Source of the DNA: Yuukianura sp. NJ FZ-2021
Lineage: Eukaryota
Reading direction: 5' to 3'
Assembly: GCA_046563655.1 (NCBI GenBank)
Contig: JAJCTO010000010.1
Location: 1-64,000, forward strand
Length of the DNA stretch: 64,000 nt
Made by a program: the position numbers and the translations under genes. The notes below the pieces were generated by a model that ran no database searches, was not told the DNA's origin, and saw nothing but the letters and a program-made list of their open reading frames with translations. Positions 28,316 to 38,171 of the stretch are shown here, piece after piece; position 1 is the first letter of the stretch; each line of letters opens with the position of its first letter.

Positions 28316-29124
28316 TCTATTAATCCTGCTTAATATGGTTGAAATTAAATAGACCTGCCAAATACACAACACCAAACGGTTTCAGGGATAACGTTTGAAT
28401 GCTGCAATATGGCACTTACAATATATCGCAATTCAGGCAGGCGAGAGCCCCATGATACATAGGTTTTTGGGTTCACAACTGCGATTAAAAAAACACGAGT
28501 TCTAGTTTGTGTTGGAAATTTGCCATATTTCACTGATTACATAACATGACGTTGCTTCTCACATAAGAATGAAACAGCACGAAAATCGACGCATTGATTC
28601 GCTTTCGAAGTACCACAAATGCTTTTAAAGACCTGTCAAACACACAACACCAAACTGTGTCAGGGATAACGTTTTGAATGCTGCAATGTGGCACTTGCAA
28701 TATATCGCAATTCAGGCAGGCGAGAGCCCCATGATACATAAGTTTTTGGGTTGACAACTGCGATTATCAATCAATCAATCAATCAATCAATTAGTTTATT
28801 TGACATTGGCAATTGCCCTATCAAGTTACACTGTTTCGAGCTGAACTTCGGTAGTAGTAGTAGTAAACGGTAATTGGTAAGGTAATACTAGTTGGAATTT
28901 AAAAACTTAGCGTAGAAAAACTGGGTTGCACGTACTGTATGAAGGGTTAAAATAGGTATTTTAATCGAGTGTGTTTTAGTTTTGGTTTCATCGGTTGATC
29001 AAGGAGGAGAAATATGGGAGATAGCACTAGTTATTTTAGCGGTGGAATTGGAATACCGTAGATTTGAGAGTTGATGAGTTTCGAGTGAGCTGGAAGCCGG
29101 AATAGCGTTTTGGAGGACGGAGGA

Positions 29125-29823
29125 TTACGGTATAGATGAGCTGTTCCTCCAGGAGCCAGAGGTTGATGTACCTGGTGGACGTGGGCGGGTTCTTAGGTCA
29201 TTCTCTCTTGCTTCACGTTTCTTCTGAATTTCCATTCTAGTTTCAGCAGTGAGGTCTCCTGTGATGGAGTAGATCTCTCGGTAGTTGATAAGCGTTTTTC
29301 TAAGTTGAAGAGCTTGCATTCTGTTAGAGAAGGTCGGGAAGCGTACTTTGATTGGCCGGGGCTTGTTGGACAACGAGTTTGGTTTCCCTATTCGGTATGC
29401 ATCTTCTATGTTCACCTGAACTTTGTAGTTTTCAAAGAACTCTTTTGCGACATTAACAGTGTTTTCAGCTGGAGCCTCCGGGTATCCATGGATTAGCAAG
29501 TTGTTTTTTCTTATTTCATCAGTGAGCCGGGAGTTTTGTTTCTTTAGGAAATCGATTTCGTTCTGTTGTCGTTTATTTTCTGCTTGTAGGTCCTGAATTT
29601 GTACATATCCAGCTTCAGTTCAATTGTGCCGAATCTGGAGTCAATTTTCGATCCAATTTTTGATTCGACCTGATGCAACAATTTTGTCATCATTTCCATT
29701 AAATCGCTATTTGAGACGTTTGATCTTTTGGGGTTTGGCGTTTCATCAAAGCTTGAGTCAGTTTCTGCGGCACGTTTGCTTGCCTTATTTTGTGGAATAA
29801 ACGGGTAGCTTGGTTTGTGACAT
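29125..29823 (-). pseudogene. LINE ORF1p-like protein (coiled coil + RRM/CTD, L1-ORF1/Transposase_22-like), two frameshifts
   Basis: Manual translation gives MSQTKL/PFIPQNKASKRAAETDSSFDETPNPKRS...LMEMMTKLLHQVESKIGSKIDSRFGTIELKLD/..QIQDLQAENKRQQNEIDFLKKQNSRLTDEIRKNNLLIHGYPE...IEDAYRIGK...KPRPIKVRF...ITGDLT. The NNLLIxGxPE, RIG, RPIxVRF and IxxDLT motifs are typical of this ORF1 class. Frameshifts fall near 29803 and 29603. Confidence 0.8.
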
Positions 29824-30258
29824 TTTTGTTGCTTTTTGATGCAAACGATCAGTTAGGGAGAGCAATTGAATTGATTTTATGACTTTGATTTTATTAATCA
29901 CTAATTTAAACTTAATCGTGAGAAGTTGCGAATTGAAAAAGTGCGAAGTTAAAATCTGACTTAATGAATGAATTGAAGTGTAAGTAAAGACTATGACTTG
30001 TATTCCTATACTAATGCTATTCTGTTCTTAGACTATTTCGATGTTGTGTTGATTTTTCTTTCTTTTTTACCGTTGAGACGCTTCCTATAGCTTAAGGATA
30101 AAAGTCAAAGCTAACCCTATCCTAAGGCTAAAAGTAGACGCTATTCTAAAGTCTATGTTTTTGTTATTTCAAAAAATGTACAAAGGAAAAGCCACAACAA
30201 TTTTCTGCGACTCGAGGGAGCGTGAGACTGGCATTAACTTTTGATGTGGTGGGGTTTT

Positions 30259-30647
30259 CAGGTTACACTGCTGAGTTACTTTTGACCCTAGGTTACCCTA
30301 CTGGGTTACCTTTGACCTTTGGTTATCCTGCTTGATTATCTCGGGTTACCCTACTGGGTTACCTCAGGTTACCCTACTGGGTTACCTCAGGTTACCCTAC
30401 TGGGTTACCTCAGGTTACCCTACTGGGTTACCTTAGGTTACCCTACTGGGTTACCTCAGGTTACCCTACTGGGTTACCTTTGACCTTTGGTTATCCTGCT
30501 TGATTATCTCGGGTTATCCTGCTTGATTATCTCGGGTTACCCTACTGGGTTACCTCAGGTTACCCTACTGGGTTACCTTAGGTTACCCTACTGGGTTACC
30601 TCAGGTTACCCTACTGGGTTACCTTAGGTTACTCTACTGTGTTACCT
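30259..30647. repeat. Minisatellite (23-bp unit ttaccctactgggttacctcagg) in the 5' UTR of the ORF1-only element
   Basis: Repeated GGTTACC-based 13+10-bp subunits, interspersed with a ggttatcctgcttgattatctc variant. Confidence 0.9.
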
Positions 30648-31624
30648 TTTGCAGCTGAGGAATGGTTGTCAGTGGATTAGATGCTAACCAGGTTTAAGAG
30701 TTCGGGGTGGATTGACTATTTCTCTGACACGGCAGATTCCGCAGGTTCGTACTTTTAACCGATTAATTAGCTGGTGAGAGGATCTTGGCAGTGGTTCTAG
30801 CAGATTACTAGTGTGGGGAGGTCGGTTTGTTGTGATAATCCGCTACTGGATTGATTTTAACAGTAGAAGTTCTAAATTCGGTAACGTCAGCTGATTCAGA
30901 GTAGTGGAAATTGGTTTTACCGTTAAGTGTCGTTAATCGTTTCCAGTCGGTGAGTGTTTGACTTCAGTCGATGCAGTAGTGAATTTTGAGTGTTTTGATG
31001 TATGACACTGGCAGGTAGGACGATTATTTCACTGCTAAAAAATCAATTTTGTCGGGAGCTACGTTTTATGTGTCAGCTCTCTTTTCTCCATCTCTAACAC
31101 TCACAACTGCGATTATAAAAACACGAGTTCTAGTTTGTGTTGGAAATTTGCCATATTTCACTGATTACATGACATGACGTTGCTTCTTACATAAGACTGA
31201 AACAGCACGAAAATCGACGCATTGATTCACTTTGAAGTACCACAAATGTTTTTAAAGACCTGCCAAATACACAACACCAAACGGTGTCAGGGATAACGTT
31301 TTGAATGCTGCAATGTGGCACTTACAATATATCGCAATTCAGGCAGGCGAGAGCCCCATGATACATAAGTTTTTGGGTTCACAACTGCGATTAAAAAAAC
31401 ACGAGTTCTAGTTTCTGTTGGAAATTTGCCATATTTCACTGATTACATGACATGACGTTGCTTCTTACATAAGACTGAAACAGCACGAAAATCGACGCAT
31501 TGATTCACTTTGAAGTACCACAAATGTTTTTAAAGACCTGCCAAATACACAACACCAAACGGTTTCAGGGATAACGTTTGAATGCTGCAATATGGCACTT
31601 ACAATATATCGCAATTCAGGCAGG

Positions 31625-32121
31625 TGTAGGATAAGTTGGTATTTCTATTTTTTAGTTAAGACTAACTTTAAGTTTCCCGCCCTTTGAAACGAAAGGTCCG
31701 TTTTTTATGAGACTTTGTGGGCCTATAGGTTTAAGTATTTAGAGTATTCCCTATAAGTTATAGCTTCGCCACAAGTCGCGTTTGTAAGTAGTGGGTGGAG
31801 ACAGGGTGCGTCGGTTAGCGTCTGGCGTCTGGCCTTCGGCTATTCTGTGTTTTCTCCTCTCCCTCTTTTTGTGTGTTCCCATAAGAATAAGTATAAAATA
31901 CGACAAAATTCAGACTTTGAAGAGACAACACGTAACATAAGTTTTCTAAGTTGTCAATAATTGGATTTAATTGGTAAAGAATATTAATAAACTAGTAAAA
32001 CTAACATCCACCACAGCCCGAACGATCAGTCCATTTAGCAGCGTTTGAGAGCCGGCCAAGTTACAGAACTCCCATTGATATAGCGTAATCGACGGGTAGT
32101 TGGTTAGCGCTATATTTTACA
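31625..32121 (+). repeat. 5' LTR (497 bp)
   Basis: TGTAGG...TTTACA; direct repeat of 37676-38171 with about 6 substitutions and 1 indel by eye. Confidence 0.95.
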
Positions 32122-32125
32122 TTTG

Positions 32126-32134
32126 TGGTGACCC
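32126..32134 (+). promoter_or_regulatory. Putative primer-binding site (TGGTGACCC, tRNA-Trp-like)
   Basis: A TGG-initiated motif 4 nt after the 5' LTR. It is complementary to the ...GGGUCACCA 3' end of eukaryotic tRNA-Trp over only 9 nt. Confidence 0.5.
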
Positions 32135-32332
32135 TCGGAGTAAACTTGGAGTTGTTCGATCCACGCCGCCTTGGAGGATCGTTCTGGAGGATCACTGCAT
32201 ATCACTGATAAACAACAGTATACGTAGAGGCAACCACTGCCGGAGTGTGGTTAAGCAAGGTGATTGTCGCTCTAGTGACGATTATTAGTATTCCTACTAA
32301 TTTCTGGTTTTCTTTGAATCTTATTTTGAGAC

Positions 32333-35300
32333 ATGGATCGTGCTAAGAAAGCAAGAGATCTACAGAGACTCGACGTCACGGACCTAATCGCGAATTTGGA
32401 GTCCGAATTGAAGAGAGAATTGGTTTCTGAAAATGACGTCATCGCGGCTGTTACCATGTTGGATGACGCAGTGGAGACATTGGCGGATCTCAACGAGCAG
32501 GTGCTGACTTTTCTTTTGGATGATGAATCCTCAACCCCAGAGACGTTGTACACGGAGCGTCGTGTCAACAATGACATCAAAAGGAAAGCAACGTTAGTGA
32601 AGATTGAAGCAAAGAAGATTCTCCATCCACCTGTCAAGTTACAGAATCGTTCGTCAAATGATGACGACGCATCTTCTACCAGCCGACACAGGAAGATGAA
32701 GTTACCAAAGACAGAGTTTCGCAAGTACTCTGGAGAACTGGTCGACTGGATTGGATGGTGGTCACAATTTAAGAAGATTGACGACGATGACGAAATACAC
32801 GTTGTGGACAAGTTTGGTTAACTCGTTCAATGTATGGTGCGGGGATCCAAAGCAGAGGAAGTAGTCAAGCGGTACCCAGAGTCGGCCGAGAACTACCCAA
32901 AGGCTTTGGAGGCACTAAAAGAGAGGTTCGGGAATCCGAAACTGCTAAAACAAGTGTATGTTCGAGAACTAATGAAGTTGATGTGGGACACTTGGGCGAA
33001 GGAAAAGAAGTCATTGGACATCCTGTACGGAAAATTAGAAGCTTCTCTTCAGTCTCTACAGTCCCTTGGCGTAAGTGTTGACAACATGGTTGAACTGTTG
33101 TTTCCTATGGTGGAATCCTGCTTGCCGGAGGACATTTTGGTTGCTTGGCAACGAAGTTCTGACTTTGGGCGTGATGGTTCCAAGGAGAACCCACCAAAGA
33201 GTGAACTTGATTTCCTACTGGCATTTCTGAAGAGAGAAGCGGGCAACAAGGAACAACGGGCACTTACTCAGATTGGTTTTGGACCTGGTCCTAGCCAAAA
33301 GAAGAAAAGCCACAGCAGTCCCAGAGAAGAAGAAGATGTGCCCACGGCGGGTGGACTGTTCAGTGGACAATTTGAAAACAAAGAGAGAAGCCTGTGCTTG
33401 TTCTGTGAGAAGCAACATCCCTCTAAAGAGTGCTTTAAGGCACAGAAGATGACATTAGAAGACAGAAAAGAGGTCATCAAGAAGAAGGGTGTTTGTTTTT
33501 CGTATTTAAAAGGCGGACATAGGGCTAATAAGTGTCGTAGTACTCCTCAGTGCCTTGTCTGCGGTAAGAAGCATTTGGTTCTACTCTGCCCCCAGATCTC
33601 ATCGTCATCCAAAGGCTCCAGTGATGGAAAAGACAAAGATGATGGGAAGAAAAATCAGACTGTGCTCTCAAGTCTAAGTGTACCAGCGAAGTCGTACTCC
33701 AGACGCTGATCGTGCAGTTGGAGAATCCAGTGAGCCACAAGAAGAAGAACGTTCGTGTTCTAGTCGACTGCGGGAGTCAGAAGTCTTACATCCTAGATTG
33801 TACGGCCAAGGAGCTGGATCTGGATCAGAAGGACACCGTGGTCATGAATCATTCATTGTTTGGAGGGACAACTGTCGCGGAATAAGCATTCAATCTACAA
33901 GGTTCTAATCGGCAGTGTTTCTTCTAAGTTTTCAGTTCCTCTCCTTCTCCTGGACCAGCATCAGATCTGCGGAGCAATTCCGAGAATTACGCCTGGCCCA
34001 TGGATGAAGATGCTCAGAGACAGAGGAATTACGTTGAACGACTTTGACCCGAAGAATCCCGTCGAAATTGAAGTTTTGTTGGGTGCAGACACCATTGGAC
34101 AATTTCTGACTGGGAAGATCTTTCGTCTTAAGAACGGGCTGACGGCAACAGAGACAAGATTGGGTTGGACGGTCATGGGAGCTACAGGAAGACAGAGCAA
34201 TTCTGAAGACGTAGCCATGACTGTGGTTTCCATGACTATCGCTAGTTCGACAGTCGCCCAGCTTTGGTCCTTGGATGTCCTTGGAATTCGTGACCCGTGG
34301 AGAAGAAGACGCAAGAAGACCGGGAGAGAGAAGCCATTGAAAATTTTCAGAAGACAGTCACTACAGATCCTGAGGGAAGATACACTGTCTCTCTACCTTG
34401 GATCAATGGCTCTCAATCTCTTCCTACAAATCGGGCAGTGGCTCAGAAGCGGTTGGAAAACACCACTCGGAAGTTAGTGTCTCTGAATCGGTTCTCAGAT
34501 TATGACAAAGTGTTTCAAGAATGGGAATCCGAGGGCATAATTTCAGTGGTAGAGGACTTAGGTGACAGTGAGAGTGTTCCGTGTCATTATGTTCCTCATC
34601 GCGAAGTCTTCAAGGCCAGCTTAACTACTCCAGTGCGTCCAGTGTTTGACGCTTCGTGCAAGGTCGGGAGGAATCAGTCACTTAATGAGTGCCTGGAGAA
34701 AGGACCGAATCTGCTTGAGCTTCTCCCATCAATTCTACTTCGTTTCCGGATGGGGAAGATCGGTGTCATAGCAGATATCCGTAAGGCCTTTCTAATGATC
34801 AATGCGAAAGAAAGTGATCGTGATTTCCTGCGATTCTTATGGTGGGAGGACAAGGAACGACAAAAAGTGAAAGTGTTTCGGCACAGCCGAGTCTTTTTTG
34901 TAATGAACTGTAGTCCATTCCTTTTAGGTGCAGTCGTCTTCCATCATCTGAACCAGCATCGGTGTGAAAATCCCGAGGTCGTAAGTTTAATTGAAAGGTC
35001 TCTTTACGTGGACAATGTAGCTCTTACAGTGAACAGTGATTCCGAGTATGAAAAAGTGAAATCAGTTTCTTCAGGCATTTTTTCACAGGCTACTATGGAC
35101 CTTAGACAGTGGGAAAGAACCGGTGTTTGGACTGATCAAATCATTACCAGTGTTCTAGGGATGAAGTGGGATAAGAAGGCGGACACGATTTTTTGTGATG
35201 TGGTTCCTACCATTATTCCACTAAAAGTTACACTAAAAGTTAGTAAAAGAGTTTTTTTTTTTTTTTTTTTTGAATGGGTACGAGAGGTAGTCCCCCCTAA

Positions 35301-37442
35301 GGGCCTTACACTACTTCGCGTTGTGAGTGGCTTACTATCTTCCATTCGGCTAGAGAAGGTGACTCTAGGTATTAGGAAAAACACATCGGGAAAAACGCTA
35401 ATACAAAGTTGATAAGCAAGACAACTCGGGACGTCACTTTACAGTTACGTTACATATGCTGATGAGAAAGGTAGGTCCACTGTTTGTTTTTACGGAGAGT
35501 TTACAGCTCTCCAACCTCATGGGAACAGACTCATCAGCATGGAATGAAATTGAAAGGGAATAAGGAAATTGCAAATTCCTTATGCTCATAGGCAATTTTT
35601 CATTCACTTTTTTTATTGCGAGTGACCGACAGGATTCGATCTCACAGACAGGCAAATGGATGAATAGAGACTCGTACCATGGTGCCAATTGATATAATAC
35701 CTATGCTAGCATGGCTCGCATAGGTATTATCTCAATTGCAGAAACTCTTTGACCCCCTAGGACTTTGGACTCCAGTTGTCACTCTACCGAAAGTACTTCT
35801 TCAACAAGCATGGAACGAGAACAAGACTTGGGATGAAGAAGTATCTACAGAAATGAAGACAGAATTCCTCAGTTGGTCAAAGGAATTCGCTGAAGTGAGT
35901 GACAAAGTTCAACTACCTCGAGACTGCACCAGTGGAACAACCAGAGACAACCGAAAGATGCAAATTCATGTGTTTGGTGATGCAAGTAAGAAGGCTTACG
36001 CTACGGTGGTGTTTCTTCGCATTGAAACTCAAGACGGTGTCAAAATCCGATTTATTCAGGCGAAATCAAGAGTAGCACCACTGAAACCAACCACAATCCC
36101 CAGATTGGAGCTTCTTTCGTGTGGCATTTCAGCAAGACTGGTGACAGCAATTAAGTCAGCATTAGACCTCGAAGACGACGTTCCGACTTTCCTTTGGACG
36201 GATTCCAGCACGGCCCTGTCGTGGCTTCGCCGAAGTGACGAGTGGGGGACGTTCGTGGGGAATAGGGTCAAGGAGATCCTGAAGCTGACGAAAGTAGAAA
36301 ACTGGAACCACATTCCGGGTTTGGAAAATCCGGCAGATCTGCCATCCAGGGGGACTTCTCCGACCAGGTTCGTGTTGGCGCGATGGTGGGAGGGACCTGA
36401 TTGGTTGAAATTGGAAAAGGAGATGTGGCCCAGATCAGAATCATCGGTGGACGAAGATGCAGTCAATCAGGAGCGTAAGAAGAGTATCGCGACACTCACG
36501 AACATAACTACTCCTGCGCCTGTCTCGTCACCATGGTATGTCAGAAAGAATTCGTTTCATCAGACTCTTCGTGTTTTTGCTTATGTCATCCGGTTTGTGA
36601 GTATTTTGAAGGAAGAGTCGACAGAGAAGTCCGAGATTCCTGCCATCACAGAACTGGAGGAGGCAGAACGAAGATTGATCAAGATCATTCAGGAGGAATC
36701 ATTAACCATGGACAAAAGTGTCATTCAGGGTTTGAGAGTGATAGTGGACTCAGATGGACCACTAAAAGTGAAAACCAAAGTGACCAATCGAGTTGACACA
36801 GACACTTTTAGGAAACCAATTTTACTTCCACATTCTCATCCCATTGTCAATCTCATCATCCGGGACACTCACATCTTCAACGCACACGGAGGAGCACAGC
36901 TGATGATGGCCAAGTTAAGAGAAAAGTACTGGATCATCCAGGGCAGAAGAGCCATCAAGAAAGTGATAACCAAGTGCATCGTGTGTAAGAGGTTTGATGG
37001 TAAGACAGTTGAAGTTGTGGCTAGTGCTCTACCGGAACCAAAGGAGCAGAAGACCAGGTCACATCGCATTCGAGAAATCGTGCTCATCGAAGTGGATAAT
37101 AAGAAGAGGATTTTCTGGCCAATGGGGAGGATTCTGGAGCTGCTTCTTGGGAAGGATGGAGAAATTCGGGTAGCCAGATTGAAGACGAAGAATGGAGAGC
37201 TACTACGTCCCATCCAACGACTCGTGCCATTGGAATTGAGACATGACGAGATACCGGAACCACCAGTCAAGACAGCCGAGAGCTCCAACGTCATCGAGAA
37301 CGAATCTGCAGTGGAAAGTGACAGCGACACTTACTGCGAGTGTCTGCCCTGCCAAGACAAAGACGAGGTCATCACTGCAGAACCAGAACAGACTACAAGA
37401 AGCGGACGGACCATTCGGAAACCGATTCGCTATGGTATTTGA
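32333..37442 (+). pseudogene. BEL/Pao gag-pol polyprotein, disrupted
   Basis: Gag DUF1759-like region (KLPKTEFRKYSGELVDWIGWWSQF; ENYPKALEALKERFG), three Cys/His knuckles (CLFCEKQHPSKEC, CFSYLKGGHRANKC, CLVCGKKHLVLLC), protease VLVDCGSQKSYI (~33757-33792), RT (RPVFDAS, ADIRKAFL, LYVDN), Pao RNase H (HVFGDASKKAY, TIPRLEL, WTDSS, NPADLPSRG), integrase HHCC and a DUF5641-like C-terminus (WPMGRI...GKDG..R). It has a stop at 32819-32821, several frameshifts, a nested insert at ~35252-35717, and the integrase DDE core is missing. Confidence 0.93.
35252..35717 (-). mobile_element. Poly(A)-tailed insert nested in BEL pol (probable 5'-truncated LINE/SINE fragment)
   Basis: The conserved Pao motif 'xxKR-x-(V)LS..QKLFDPLG' is split after AAA AGA G (35251) by 20 T plus ~450 bp of unrelated DNA. 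pol resumes at about 35724 (GTA TTA TCT CAA TTG CAG AAA CTC TTT GAC CCC). There is no clear TSD and the right boundary is approximate. Confidence 0.65.
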
Positions 37443-37653
37443 AATCATCGTTTTGGATAAGTGTTAATTTTAAGGATTGATTTCAGTTTTAATTTTATTT
37501 TAGAGTTTAAGTTTTGTTTTCATTGATTCATTTTAGGTTAAGTGTTTTAGTTAGTTTTTTTTTAACTTAAGGCACTTTCCCCTTTGTTTTTGGTGCTAAA
37601 CCATAACGTGCTATTTCAATTTTAATTTTGTGACTTTCCCTTTCGTTAGCACT

Positions 37654-37675
37654 GAAAGGAAAAGGTGGGAGTAAA
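37654..37675 (+). promoter_or_regulatory. Polypurine tract
   Basis: gaaaggaaaaggtgggagtaaa lies immediately upstream of the 3' LTR TG. Confidence 0.8.
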
Positions 37676-38171
37676 TGTAGGATAAGTGGTATTTCTATTT
37701 TTTAGTTAAGACTAACTTTAAGTTTCCCGCCCTTTGAAACGAAAGGTCAGTTTTTTATGAGACTTTGTGGGCCTATAGGGTTAAGTATTTAGAGTATTCC
37801 CTATAAGTTATAGCTTCGCCACAAGTCGCGTTTGTAAGTAGTGGGTGGAGATAGGGTGCGTCGGTTAGCGTCTGGCGTCTGGCCTTCGGCTATTCTGTGT
37901 TTTCTCCTCTCCCTCTTTTTGTGTGTTCCCATAAGAATAAGTATAAAATACGACAAAATTCAGACTTTGAAGAGACAACACGTAACATAAGTTTTTTAAG
38001 TTGTCAATAATTGGATTTAATTGGTAAAGAATATTAATAAACTAGTAAAGCTAACATCCACCACAGCGCGAACGATCAGTCCATTTAGCAGCGTTTGAGA
38101 GCCGGCCAAGTTACAGAACTCCCATTGATATAGCGTAATCGACGGGTAGTTGGTTAGCGCTATATTTTACA
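37676..38171 (+). repeat. 3' LTR (496 bp)
   Basis: Direct repeat of 31625-32121, TGT...ACA, followed by TSD GGCAGG. Confidence 0.95.

Larger units (their letters stand above)
28768..31100 (-). mobile_element. Non-autonomous non-LTR retroelement encoding only ORF1 (CR1/L2-group-like 3' end)
   Basis: TSD t(g/c)acaactgcgattat lies at 28752-28767 and 31101-31116 (15/16 identical). The minus-strand 3' end is a stem-loop (28800-28824), then AATAAA, then about six ATTG repeats. It contains an ORF1-like gene and no endonuclease/RT sequence. Confidence 0.85.
31625..38171 (+). mobile_element. BEL/Pao LTR retrotransposon, both LTRs present, coding region decayed
   Basis: LTRs run TGT...ACA at 31625-32121 and 37676-38171. 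A 6-bp TSD GGCAGG lies at 31619-31624 and 38172-38177. Domain order is gag-protease-RT-RNase H-integrase, with BEL-type motifs. Confidence 0.96.

Noticed and set aside
30259..30647. Telomeric repeat (GGGTTA-like)
   Set aside because: GGGTTA occurs only within a 23-bp unit, not as contiguous TTAGGG/TTAGG arrays.
31134..31152. CENP-B-box-like motif (tgtgttggaaatttgc) in SatC
   Set aside because: It shares GTTGGAAA only. The essential TTCG and CGGG residues of the 17-bp box are missing.
35005..35016. YVDN instead of YVDD as an inactivating RT mutation
   Set aside because: YVDN is a common natural variant in BEL/Pao reverse transcriptases.
35434..35688. 84-aa minus-strand ORF (MAPWYESLF...) as a Jockey-type RT C-terminus
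   Set aside because: Only an APWY resemblance, partly overlapping the junction hairpin. Too weak to call without a profile search.
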